Positions 10,131 through 19,584 of a stretch of DNA of 64,000 bases are shown here, piece after piece; positions within the stretch are counted from its first letter, which is position 1; each line of letters opens with the position of its first letter. Source of the DNA: a virus. The notes under the pieces were generated by a model, which saw only the letters and a list, made by a program, of their open reading frames with translations, searched no databases and had not been told where the DNA came from. The DNA is taken from the IMG/VR virus record IMGVR_UViG_3300021373_003070; one strand, written 5' to 3'. A program made the translations under genes and the position numbers.

Positions 10131-10631
10131 ATGTGGATAATGTCCTCTCTTAGAATGATGTTTGTAGGTGCGCTGGCTTCGGCTGGTGTGCTTGCATATT
10201 TTTATTATGTTAATACTCAAGCTGAGTTAGAGTTACTACGCACTGAGATTGAACTATACGAAGTAAAGTTTGCCACACAAACTGAAACTATTGATGAGCT
10301 AAGAGATGAAATACAAGCTCAAACTGAAAGGCTAAATACTTTAGCCATGGCAAATCAAGAAGCTGAAGTCGAGTTGAACAGATATCTTGATATTTTTAGA
10401 CGACACAATTTGCAAAGGTTAGCGGCAGCTAAACCGGACTGGGTGTCGAATATTGTTAATAATGGAACGAAAGATGTATTTGACAGCATTGAAGAAGTTA
10501 GTCGTGTTATCGACTCTATTGATGGTGACGGGGTGCAGTTGGCTCCATCCGAAGACGGAGATACAGATACAGACGAAACAGGTGAGAGTGCCAATAGCAC
10601 AGCCGACACTTCCACGGGAACTGGATCTTAA
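10131..10631 (+). CDS. Probable inner-membrane spanin (Rz-like)
   Basis: N-terminal TM helix, long coiled coil, overlaps a lipoprotein gene. Confidence 0.65.
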   Translation: MWIMSSLRMMFVGALASAGVLAYFYYVNTQAELELLRTEIELYEVKFATQTETIDELRDEIQAQTERLNTLAMANQEAEVELNRYLDIFRRHNLQRLAAAKPDWVSNIVNNGTKDVFDSIEEVSRVIDSIDGDGVQLAPSEDGDTDTDETGESANSTADTSTGTGS

Positions 10632-10854
10632 AGAACCAAAGTTCTACGTAGTATCGGATAAAAATCTCGACGATTTTCTCGTAGAAATTGAGAAGCGTGC
10701 TGGTGGAATTGTATTCGTCGCCATCACTGTTGATGACTACGAACTGATGTCATATAACATGCAAGAGATTAAGCGCTATGTACAACAGATGAAATCTGTA
10801 GTAGTATATTACTATGATATCGTCGAAGACAACAATGCGAAGGCTGAAAAGTGA
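10474..10854 (+). CDS. Probable outer-membrane lipoprotein spanin (Rz1-like)
   Basis: Signal peptide with lipobox MVTGC; Pro-rich; starts inside the previous gene in another frame. Confidence 0.7.
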   Translation: MYLTALKKLVVLSTLLMVTGCSWLHPKTEIQIQTKQVRVPIAQPTLPRELDLKEPKFYVVSDKNLDDFLVEIEKRAGGIVFVAITVDDYELMSYNMQEIKRYVQQMKSVVVYYYDIVEDNNAKAEK

Positions 10855-11486
10855 GAGTTGCGTATTACGTCAATGGTAGTATACGTAAGGTAAATCAAAA
10901 CAATTTGCCATACGATCCTATTGATGTGCATACAGATTTTGCCAATAAGATTGGTGCAGATCTCGGAATGTCAACATGGGAAGTAAGTAGTGATCCAAAA
11001 TCAATATCGCTTCAAGAGCTCATGGAATTGCCATTTGAGAGAAGTAAACAGCCGCCGGGTTATTATCCGGATTTGTTCTGGCAACATGTAAATTATTGTG
11101 AATGGGCGGCATGCAATTATGAAGTATATGACGTATTAGTCAGAGGTCGTTGGGATAATATTTACAATGAAGATAACATCGACCTGATCAGTGAAAGCAT
11201 TACGGCGTGTTATACTGATAGAATGGCGTTTGGATTTTGCAACAGTCGATATCGAGCATTAGATGAATCACTCAAAAATATCAATGATCATGTGATTATT
11301 CATCCAGCTAAATCGTTTGATCCGGATTTTACCTCAAATTTCTTTCGTACATTCACCGGCGTATGGGAAGAAATGGGACCAGTAAGACAAAGTCAGCATG
11401 CTGCATGTAAAGCTGAACATATATGGTGGTGGCTACTATGTGGTCGAACAAATTTACCTTACAAGAATATTAGATTATCTGAATGA
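10851..11486 (+). CDS. Putative GT-A-like protein, paralog family member 1
   Basis: RVAYYVNGSIR ... YDVLVRGRWD; paralogous to 39729, 42474, 60768. Confidence 0.55.
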   Translation: MRVAYYVNGSIRKVNQNNLPYDPIDVHTDFANKIGADLGMSTWEVSSDPKSISLQELMELPFERSKQPPGYYPDLFWQHVNYCEWAACNYEVYDVLVRGRWDNIYNEDNIDLISESITACYTDRMAFGFCNSRYRALDESLKNINDHVIIHPAKSFDPDFTSNFFRTFTGVWEEMGPVRQSQHAACKAEHIWWWLLCGRTNLPYKNIRLSE

Positions 11487-12652
11487 TTGAAACTACAAAA
11501 TATTATGATGAATTCATAAGGTACTTCAACTTAGCCTATAAACAGCAAGAGCTATGTAATGTATCTGATAAAGAACCTTATGGCATGGTCGCACATAAGG
11601 ATTCGAATCTCGGTGATGATCTCATGGAGAATGTTGAATTATATGATGTAGTCGAACGCAAATATGCAGGCTTTTCTCAGATCATAAATGATTGTTTTTA
11701 TGGATGGACAGAAGATCATCCATATTGGAAAAAGATGCAGGCGGGCTTGTGTACCCGTCAACGAGAGACCGTCGCCAAAGACTGGACCGGTAAACAAGAC
11801 GTATTCTCTCTTCCTGAATGGCTCTATGTTTTTATCCTTCATAGAGTCACCGGTTCAGCAATTAACTATGCCCAGAAACCATCTGGGTATTTTAACACCA
11901 TCCTCTTCAATCTCCATCAGTGTGATACAATAGAAGAGATGGTGCAGCTGGCGAAGCACTACCCGGTACCCTTCTATACCTCAGTCGGTTACCAGTTCCC
12001 AGCGTTTCCAAAACCAGTCGGCGACTATAAGAAAGGCGGTGATTATTACCTCGGTGAATTTGCCCCTCGATTAGCTCGCGATCTCGCGGACCATTTGACG
12101 ATGGGTCCTCGCAAGGACCTTCGCGAGATTGGTGAGTTTATGCTGAAGTGGAATGAAGACAATGGTCTTCGACGCTATCAGTTTCAATACGCAGCTGTAG
12201 TCGCTGACGTCGCCGACTGGTTTCCTCAATACGTTAACCGTGAAAGCATGTTCTATTACGGTACAAATGCAGTAGAATGTATCTCTTACTTGGCTAAACC
12301 TGTCAAGAAGATGAAAAAAGAGTTGTTCCTTGATGCCGTCATGACGAAAATATATGATGATACAGGAAGTGTACCATATAATGCTGAAGATGTATGTTGC
12401 GACTTCATTCGTTATGTTGAAAATTATGTTCGCCCTGGTCCGGAATATAATCATTTAGATTATGATAATCTGTGGTCGTCATGCGGCATCAAGGATCACC
12501 CTTATGGAAGACAGAAATATATGTTGGATATGGGGTTGATAGAAACTTTTAATGGCATGAAAAATCATCCATCTGATGATGCAATTCTAAAAAATAATGA
12601 AATGACTGTTGAAGAGTACCAACGTAATGTCGCTAACTTACTTTCTAGGTGA
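11483..12652 (+). CDS. Amino acid:DNA transferase / aGPT-pyrophosphorylase-like protein A
   Basis: DDLMENVELYDVVER, FQYAAVVADV...YGTNAVECISYL, NAEDVCCDFIRY resemble aGPT-Pplase motifs; context of gp42 and a PLP enzyme. Confidence 0.6.
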   Translation: MIETTKYYDEFIRYFNLAYKQQELCNVSDKEPYGMVAHKDSNLGDDLMENVELYDVVERKYAGFSQIINDCFYGWTEDHPYWKKMQAGLCTRQRETVAKDWTGKQDVFSLPEWLYVFILHRVTGSAINYAQKPSGYFNTILFNLHQCDTIEEMVQLAKHYPVPFYTSVGYQFPAFPKPVGDYKKGGDYYLGEFAPRLARDLADHLTMGPRKDLREIGEFMLKWNEDNGLRRYQFQYAAVVADVADWFPQYVNRESMFYYGTNAVECISYLAKPVKKMKKELFLDAVMTKIYDDTGSVPYNAEDVCCDFIRYVENYVRPGPEYNHLDYDNLWSSCGIKDHPYGRQKYMLDMGLIETFNGMKNHPSDDAILKNNEMTVEEYQRNVANLLSR

Positions 12653-13619
12653 ACACGAAAATGATATCCAATATCAGAACATTGCTGAGGTGGATTACAA
12701 AAACGGCAAACCTACGTCGTCGTGGTTAAAAGGTTGGTGTCAAGAAGCTCGAACTGAAAAGTTTTTCGAGTTCTGTCGTGGCTACGATGCACGTCAAGAC
12801 TTTTTACTAAAGAACAACTATCAACAATTCTCACATCGATTGCACTGGCACGAATGTCCTTTTGTTGACGAGATGGCACAAGAGAAAGACAGAGTCAAGG
12901 TACTCGAAGCATGCGTTCTCTTCTCATTTAGCAACGAGCATTGGCAAACATTCAGAGCATGGCGTGATCATGGTCAAGACGGTATGAGAGTAAGATTTAC
13001 AAGCTATCGTCATGCTCGTAGCGATCTGTTTCAGATCTACTATCCAAAAGATACGAAGGTCAAAGACTGGCTCATCGAAGCGCCAGCTCGTATTGCACTT
13101 GAGCTCGATTCATTATTCGATGGCATGCGTAGACCGTTCACGATGATGGAATTTGCCAAAAAAATGAACATCATCATGGTCCGCGATTTTGGTTTTCGTA
13201 ATGCCATGTACCCGTCAAAGAATGCAGCGCGACATGTAGCGATGAGCCATCCTGAGTGGGTTGATCCTGACTCGTTCTTACATGGTGGTACAGGATACTT
13301 CGATGGTTTGTCGCAGATCTTTGACTGTCCACATCTTATGTCAAGATCAAAGTATGAGATTGATGAGGATGGTGAATACGTACCGATGAATAAATGGGCA
13401 GAGATGCAGATCCAACACATGGACTATCTCAAAAATCATCCTAGCAATCCTATTCATACACATCAGTATCTCAACTTAGAAGACAAGCTATGTATGCATT
13501 ACAAGTTTATGTCAATGAAGCTAGGTTCTAAAAAGCAAACAAAGATGATACCATATAACTGGGTGTATCCAGAGAATTGGTCTCTTAAAACAAATAGGTA
13601 TGATCGTGGCACACAATAA
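12627..13619 (+). CDS. Amino acid:DNA transferase / aGPT-pyrophosphorylase-like protein B (paralog of A)
   Basis: DFLLKNNYQQFSHR, HPEWVDPDSFLHGGTG, NLEDKLCMHYKF parallel protein A; ATG 12627 gives N-terminal MSLTYFL. Confidence 0.55.
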   Translation: MSLTYFLGEHENDIQYQNIAEVDYKNGKPTSSWLKGWCQEARTEKFFEFCRGYDARQDFLLKNNYQQFSHRLHWHECPFVDEMAQEKDRVKVLEACVLFSFSNEHWQTFRAWRDHGQDGMRVRFTSYRHARSDLFQIYYPKDTKVKDWLIEAPARIALELDSLFDGMRRPFTMMEFAKKMNIIMVRDFGFRNAMYPSKNAARHVAMSHPEWVDPDSFLHGGTGYFDGLSQIFDCPHLMSRSKYEIDEDGEYVPMNKWAEMQIQHMDYLKNHPSNPIHTHQYLNLEDKLCMHYKFMSMKLGSKKQTKMIPYNWVYPENWSLKTNRYDRGTQ

Positions 13620-14490
13620 TCATGTAATCGATGGCGTCAACAAAGACGTAGGAGTTTTTGGCTATGAAGCAGCAAAAGAATACTACTTATCTCTCACTGA
13701 AGGATGGGAACCATTCAATCCAGATCCCGTTGTCCGTGAACATGAAGGAGTACGGGTCGTTAGAGATGACCTTATCATGGGGACAAAATCGCGAGCTGGC
13801 GATCTCCTTGCCTTCAAAGCCCCTGCCGAAACGTTGGTATACTGTCAGCCAAGGACTGGACTCGCTGGGGTATCGTTATTAGATGTAGCTAAACATCACA
13901 ATCGTAAGGTTGTCTTGTTTATGCCATCATCAAAGAGAGTATCACATCATCAGGCATGTTGTATAGAACGTGGAGCAGAAGTGCATTTCCATCGTATTGC
14001 AGCGATGCCAAATCTTAACAAAAAGGCAAAAGAATATGCAGAAAAACATGGATACTTTTTCATCCCTCTTGGTCTTAGACACGAGTACGCTACCGCCGCA
14101 ATTGTACACGCAGCTAGTAAAATACCTGAGCCAGATGAAGTGTACGTTGCTACTTCGACTGGAGTTCTCAATCGCGCTCTTCAAATTGCATGGCCAAATG
14201 CTCGTATCAATGGTATTGCCGTCGCTCGTAACATGAAGGCCGGCGAGCTAGGTCGATCTACCATTACATCAGAACCTTTGCCATTCATAAAAGCAGAGAA
14301 GAAAGAAAATCTACCACCGTTCCCGTCCATCGACACATATGATGGTAAGGTGTGGAAATACATTCCAAAAAATAGTGGTAAAAATATACTTTTTTGGAAT
14401 GTAGGTACTGAACCTAGTTTACAAGATGATACAATCTATGATAGAATAGATTCATATCGCGATTGGGAGAAAAATAATGCATCAGCGTAG
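13600..14490 (+). CDS. PLP-dependent enzyme, fold type II
   Basis: VVRDDLIMGTKSR (PLP Lys), ATSTG phosphate loop, YDGKVW, LFWNVG. Confidence 0.8.
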   Translation: MIVAHNNHVIDGVNKDVGVFGYEAAKEYYLSLTEGWEPFNPDPVVREHEGVRVVRDDLIMGTKSRAGDLLAFKAPAETLVYCQPRTGLAGVSLLDVAKHHNRKVVLFMPSSKRVSHHQACCIERGAEVHFHRIAAMPNLNKKAKEYAEKHGYFFIPLGLRHEYATAAIVHAASKIPEPDEVYVATSTGVLNRALQIAWPNARINGIAVARNMKAGELGRSTITSEPLPFIKAEKKENLPPFPSIDTYDGKVWKYIPKNSGKNILFWNVGTEPSLQDDTIYDRIDSYRDWEKNNASA

Positions 14491-15580
14491 TGGATTAGTA
14501 GCAACACCTTTTATTACAATCTCACGCCAATTAAGTAGCCATAGAGCTGCGCAAGGTGTTATATATGCCGATCAATTACAAGAAGCTAACGTTGGCCAGA
14601 TTAAAGTCAACATGACAGGGGACCAATACGAAAGTGAATTCAGTAATTATGATGACCTGTATGTATATCATGGCAATGATTGGAGTGGCAATATTAATCT
14701 TTTTGGCGGTCTCAATAATTTCCCTTATATTGAAAACTTTGTCAATTTCTCTAGATTTACTGGTAAAGTGTATTCCCTTGTTATTGATATGCCTGATTAT
14801 TATGGCCTTATGAAAGAGAAGTTCGACAAGGCTAAAGAAAAAGGCAAAGAATGGAATCCTTTATGGGATGGCATCGATTGGGATAATCTCAAACGAATGT
14901 GTGAAACTGCCGAAACGATTGTGCCTAACGAACTACACAAATTTACAAAAATGTCTGTCGGTGATAGTCATGCAATATGCATGTATCGCCCGGGCTGGAA
15001 CAATCTATCCGTACCATTCAAGACATTACACGGCGCATTGAAAGAAGGACTCGAATCATTTCTCGAAGATAGAACATATACACATCTAGAATTTTACTTT
15101 GGCAACATCGATGTAAGACATCACCTTTGTCGTCAAGATGATCCTGTAGCTGCCACACGACAACTCGTTGCAGAGTATATGAAGCAGGCTCATGCCATTG
15201 CACAGAAGTATAATTGCAAAATTCGTATCTACGAACTCCTGCCAATCGAAGCAGAAACACGATCTATTCCAAAAACTGGTTGGTATAAAGGTACGCCGTT
15301 CTATGGCTCTCGTCAAGAGAGAAATGATATTCGCAAGTTGTTCAAAGAAGAAGTAAGAAAGAGATGCACAGACGAGGTGCAACTTTACGAGTGGATTGGT
15401 GAGATGGTTAACTCGAGAGGTGAACTCGATTTTGAGTTTATGGAACGACCTCAGTCAGTACATTTATCTCGTCGTTGGTATCCACATTGGCAAGGCTATC
15501 AGTGGAGTCACGCTCCGTATGTTGAATATATACCTACAGCAGAGCGAGAAACAACTACACTTGAGGATTTTTTTAGCTAA
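14477..15580 (+). CDS. SGNH/GDSL-fold protein with C-terminal clamp-binding-like peptide
   Basis: VGDSH (block I), FGNID (block III), SVHL (block V); ends TLEDFFS. Confidence 0.55.
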   Translation: MHQRSGLVATPFITISRQLSSHRAAQGVIYADQLQEANVGQIKVNMTGDQYESEFSNYDDLYVYHGNDWSGNINLFGGLNNFPYIENFVNFSRFTGKVYSLVIDMPDYYGLMKEKFDKAKEKGKEWNPLWDGIDWDNLKRMCETAETIVPNELHKFTKMSVGDSHAICMYRPGWNNLSVPFKTLHGALKEGLESFLEDRTYTHLEFYFGNIDVRHHLCRQDDPVAATRQLVAEYMKQAHAIAQKYNCKIRIYELLPIEAETRSIPKTGWYKGTPFYGSRQERNDIRKLFKEEVRKRCTDEVQLYEWIGEMVNSRGELDFEFMERPQSVHLSRRWYPHWQGYQWSHAPYVEYIPTAERETTTLEDFFS

Positions 15581-16788
15581 TGAAGCATGCGACTATTATT
15601 CCATTAATTGGAGGTGAAGTGCTCGCCTCCGAAAAGGTGTTCGGCCATAAGCCGGATTATATCCTATCATATAATGCGTTTCAAGCAAACGAAGAGCACC
15701 TACTAAATTATTGGAATCATGAGGTACCGTACTACGTACTCGACGAAGGGGATCGCCACCCCCATCCCGTAGACGTAGTGTCCAGTGTATGTCCTTGTGC
15801 TGGCTTGTCATTGTTCAGCACGCGTTATGGAGAGGACAACAAAAACAATCGCTGGATGATTGAAACGGCTAAGTACGTTCTTGGCGAGATCAAGCCTCTT
15901 GTATTTTGGGGAGAGAATGCCCCAACCTTCACCGGTAAAATCGGTGCACCAATTCGAAATCAACTTATCGAAGTTGGTAAAGAACACGGTTATGTTATGT
16001 CAATGTTTAAGACAAAAAGTCTTTTGCACGGCATACCACAAACACGCGAACGTACATTCTACTTCTTCTGGAAAGGAGACAAGGTACCAGTGTTTGACTA
16101 CTATCGTAGAGACATGACATCAATCGAAGATCTTATACTGAGTGTCGATCGTGATCCTAAGGATCCGATGTCTGAAGTCATTAATAGAACCAAACCAACA
16201 GACAATCCTTTCTACAAATATTTACTTGAGGAGATTCACGGTGGAATATCTCATCGCGATCATTTTGATTCCATTGATGTGCGGGACCCTTCAACTCCTA
16301 ATTATCTTGATGTATATAGCCTCATTGAAAGCCATAAACACGACTACGTCCGTGTTGGAAAATGGCTGGAAAATAAAGGCTATGACCGCGAATCGAAGCG
16401 AGCTTATCGAATGTATGATAAGTTGGAGTCAGGTGGTAATATTATGCGCCGCGGCACTATTCTGCCTAAAGGTCATATCGGATCATTTGTAGGTCACTAT
16501 CCTCAGATGCTAACACATCCACATGAAGATCGATACATTACATTTCGAGAAGCAATGACAATCATGGGTCTGCCTGAAGATTATCAGCTTCTCAATCCTC
16601 GTGGTAGCTTCAATCATATATGTCAGAATGTACCTTATCAGACAGCTGTAGATATGGCTACCGAAGTAAAGGCAGCAATCGAAGGTCAACGACCATGGGT
16701 TGATGCTAACGTTTCTTTGCAGCAAAACACATCTAAAAAGTTTGAAATTTTAGACAAAGAAGAATCTACACTTGAATCATTTTTCTAG
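15580..16788 (+). CDS. DNA cytosine-C5 methyltransferase-fold protein with degenerate SAM motif
   Basis: PCAGLS (IV), ENA (VI), PQTRER (VIII), RYITFREA...GLPEDY (IX); motif I reads IPLIGG; ends TLESFF. Confidence 0.8.
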   Translation: MKHATIIPLIGGEVLASEKVFGHKPDYILSYNAFQANEEHLLNYWNHEVPYYVLDEGDRHPHPVDVVSSVCPCAGLSLFSTRYGEDNKNNRWMIETAKYVLGEIKPLVFWGENAPTFTGKIGAPIRNQLIEVGKEHGYVMSMFKTKSLLHGIPQTRERTFYFFWKGDKVPVFDYYRRDMTSIEDLILSVDRDPKDPMSEVINRTKPTDNPFYKYLLEEIHGGISHRDHFDSIDVRDPSTPNYLDVYSLIESHKHDYVRVGKWLENKGYDRESKRAYRMYDKLESGGNIMRRGTILPKGHIGSFVGHYPQMLTHPHEDRYITFREAMTIMGLPEDYQLLNPRGSFNHICQNVPYQTAVDMATEVKAAIEGQRPWVDANVSLQQNTSKKFEILDKEESTLESFF

Positions 16789-16817
16789 TGTACATTCTTG
16801 TCCACATGCTGTACAAT
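16789..16817 (+). promoter_or_regulatory. Promoter TGTACA-N17-TACAAT
   Basis: Motif match upstream of the GT-gp45 unit. Confidence 0.55.
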
Positions 16818-16846
16818 TTATAAATCTTATCGAATATAGGTAAACT

Positions 16847-17824
16847 ATGGAAATCAATGTACCAGTCGAAGAACTTCGCCAATATAAGGTGATGATTGGC
16901 ACACCAATGTACGGGGCTCAATGCTCAGGTATGTACACGCGATCGATGGCAGAGTTAACAACTACGATGCAGCGATATGGTGTTCCGATGCAATTTTATT
17001 TCTTGTTCAATGAATCTCTTATTACTCGAGCACGTAACTATTGTGTTGATGAGTTTATGCGATCTGATTGCACGCATCTTATGTTCATCGATTCTGACAT
17101 CTCATTTAAAGCACAAGATGTACTATCGATGCTAGCTATTATGCATCAACGACAAGAAATGGATGTGTGTTGTGCACCATATCCGAAGAAGACAATTGCA
17201 TGGGAAAAAATTACTCAGGCTGTCAAGAGTGGTGTCGCTGACGAAGATCCAAATGTCCTCGAAAATTTTGTTGGTGATTATGTCTTCAATCCAATCAGAC
17301 CCAAAGAAAAGGGTGAACACTTTATCAAGTTATCAGAACCAACCGAAGTAGCAGAAGGTGGTACTGGTTTTATGATGATCAAGCGAGAAACGTTTGACAA
17401 GTATAAAGAAACATATCCACAATTTATGTATCGACCAGATCATGTTCGAACTGCACATTTTGATGGTTCAACAGAAATCATGGCATATTTCGATGCATTG
17501 ATTGATGATAAATCACAGAATCTAATACCTGAAATAAAAGCATTCTTTAAGAAGAATCCGAATGCTAAGAACAATGATGTCGTCAGGTTCCTTGAAGATA
17601 AGACAAAGGGTATCGATCAGAAGCAATACTCGAATCGATACCTGTCAGAAGATTACATGTTTTGTTATAATGTAAGACGTGCAGGAATGAAAGTATTCAT
17701 GTGTCCTTGGATGGAATTGAAACATATGGGTGCATACGTATTCGGTGGTTCTCTTGCAGCTCTCGCATCAGTTGGTGCAGCGGCTACAGCGGATCCTGAA
17801 AAACTTGGAAAGAAAAAAGGATAA
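16847..17824 (+). CDS. GT-A fold glycosyltransferase
   Basis: GTPMYG, ESLITRARN, FIDSD (DxD), GTGFMMIKR, YLSEDY.FC. Confidence 0.85.
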   Translation: MEINVPVEELRQYKVMIGTPMYGAQCSGMYTRSMAELTTTMQRYGVPMQFYFLFNESLITRARNYCVDEFMRSDCTHLMFIDSDISFKAQDVLSMLAIMHQRQEMDVCCAPYPKKTIAWEKITQAVKSGVADEDPNVLENFVGDYVFNPIRPKEKGEHFIKLSEPTEVAEGGTGFMMIKRETFDKYKETYPQFMYRPDHVRTAHFDGSTEIMAYFDALIDDKSQNLIPEIKAFFKKNPNAKNNDVVRFLEDKTKGIDQKQYSNRYLSEDYMFCYNVRRAGMKVFMCPWMELKHMGAYVFGGSLAALASVGAAATADPEKLGKKKG

Positions 17825-17832
17825 ATTATATT

Positions 17833-18486
17833 ATGAAACTCAACCAACGCTCGGTACAAATTCTCAAGAATTTTTCTACCATTAATCCGTCAATTCAGTT
17901 TCGAGAAGGTAATGCTCTCAAGACTATTTCGCCAAACAAAACCATTATGGCGAAAGCAGTTCTCGAAGATCAGATTCCACAAGACTTTGCAATCTATGAC
18001 TTGTCGCGATTCTTAGGAGTGTCATCTTTGTTCGAAGATCCTGATTATGTACTCGCTGATCGCAATGTTGTGATTGCGGCACCGGGACGACAGGTAAGTT
18101 ATACTTTCGCTGATCCTAATACGATCGTGTCAGCTCCAAACAAAGACATTGATATTGGTGATGTCGATGTGCAGTTCGAACTGAAGCAAGAAGTATTTGC
18201 CGAAGTAATGAAAGCACTCGGTGTGATGAGCTTTCCTGAAGTTGTAGTTGCAGGCGAAAATGGTCGAATTGTTTTACGCGCAACTGATACGAAGAATCCA
18301 TCAGCAGATAAATATGACATTGAAGTTGGTGAAACAGATCTTGAATTCACCTCTGTCTTCAAATCCGAGAATCTCAAAATCTTATCTGGCAACTATGTTG
18401 TTGGTATCTCATCGAAAGGTATCTCACACTTCCGCGGTGATGATGTAGAATATTGGATCTCGATCGAATCGAACTCTGCTTTTTAA
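17833..18486 (+). CDS. gp45: DNA polymerase sliding clamp gp45
   Basis: ILKNFSTINPSI, FAIYDLSRFL, YWISIE. Confidence 0.95.
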   Translation: MKLNQRSVQILKNFSTINPSIQFREGNALKTISPNKTIMAKAVLEDQIPQDFAIYDLSRFLGVSSLFEDPDYVLADRNVVIAAPGRQVSYTFADPNTIVSAPNKDIDIGDVDVQFELKQEVFAEVMKALGVMSFPEVVVAGENGRIVLRATDTKNPSADKYDIEVGETDLEFTSVFKSENLKILSGNYVVGISSKGISHFRGDDVEYWISIESNSAF

Positions 18487-18488
18487 TA

Positions 18489-18506
18489 TAGGGGCGTAAG
18501 CCCCTA
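18489..18506 (+). terminator. Hairpin/probable terminator after gp45
   Basis: TAGGGGC-GTAA-GCCCCTA (GNRA loop), AT-rich tail. Confidence 0.65.
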
Positions 18507-18517
18507 AATTATTTTGA

Positions 18518-18525
18518 TATAAATA
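18518..18525 (+). promoter_or_regulatory. T4-type late promoter TATAAATA
   Basis: Exact gp55 consensus, intergenic, ahead of the membrane/secreted gene cluster. Confidence 0.75.
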
Positions 18526-18588
18526 ATTCACTGATTTGTGCTTCCTTATATGATGTCTTTGTTACGAGACTTAATATGAGGAATAATC

Positions 18589-18900
18589 ATGTCTGAAGAA
18601 AAATATCATCCTGCTGACACTAATGGTGATGGCAAGGTAAGCAAAGAAGAAGAATTGCTGTATCTGGAATTCAAGCGAAAAGAACTTGAAGATGCTGATG
18701 CGATGCGTGATGCTCAGCGTAATATGACTTGGTTTGCACTGGCTGGTCTTCTCTTATATCCATTCGCTGTCGTATTGACAGATATTATAGATCTTGAACA
18801 AGCTGCCAAAATCCTTGGTGATATGGCTGCTACTTATTTTGTTTCCGTTGCCGGTATTGTTGCGGCGTTTTTTGGAGCGCAGGCTTGGAGCAAAAAGTAA
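18589..18900 (+). CDS. EF-hand plus two-TM membrane protein
   Basis: DTNGDGKVSKEE EF-hand loop; two hydrophobic helices. Confidence 0.75.
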   Translation: MSEEKYHPADTNGDGKVSKEEELLYLEFKRKELEDADAMRDAQRNMTWFALAGLLLYPFAVVLTDIIDLEQAAKILGDMAATYFVSVAGIVAAFFGAQAWSKK

Positions 18901-19584
18901 ATGAGACATATGATCATATTCATTATGTTTCTGCTTTTATCAGGATCTGTAGCTGCTGAAAAAAGTATTCGTGAAGATTACATAGAACCATCAGAACCAG
19001 TTGAAGATATTGTCGATCCTAACAATGAACAGAACGGCGATTTAAATTCTAATCAACAAAATTCAAACAATAACAATAGAAGTACAACTAATATTGGTGC
19101 AGGAGCAGGAGCTCCGACGCCAGTACCTACGGCTATCGCTCCATCTCTCATGTCGTCTGGGAGTGATACCTGTTTACAAAGTCGAGGAACCGGTGTGCAA
19201 TTATTAGATATCGGAGTTTCGCGTGGAGCATATAAGCAAGATGAAGAATGTAACCGACGACGTGACGCGAAAGTCTTCAAAGATTTAGGCATGGTGCTAC
19301 CAGCAGTTAGTCGCATGTGTCAAAATGAAGACAATTGGAAAGCCATGTTTTCATCAGGCAATCCATGTCCGATATTAGTGGCCGGTAAAATGGTCTTTGG
19401 TAAGAGAGCCGTGCTGGCAATGAGAAACCAGCCAACGGTTTATATTCCTGATTACGATGAAAATAGAACTTACTACGACACAGTTTTAGGAATAGGACAA
19501 AAAGATGAAAAATCTGAAAAATCTGATGATGAGCGTAGCATTAGTGAGCGGTTCCGCACTAGCGGGTCCAGTACAGTGGAATAG
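18901..19584 (+). CDS. Secreted Cys-containing hypothetical protein
   Basis: Signal peptide, Asn-rich linker, TAIAPS...DTC...EECNRRR...MCQ...PCP. Confidence 0.7.
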   Translation: MRHMIIFIMFLLLSGSVAAEKSIREDYIEPSEPVEDIVDPNNEQNGDLNSNQQNSNNNNRSTTNIGAGAGAPTPVPTAIAPSLMSSGSDTCLQSRGTGVQLLDIGVSRGAYKQDEECNRRRDAKVFKDLGMVLPAVSRMCQNEDNWKAMFSSGNPCPILVAGKMVFGKRAVLAMRNQPTVYIPDYDENRTYYDTVLGIGQKDEKSEKSDDERSISERFRTSGSSTVE

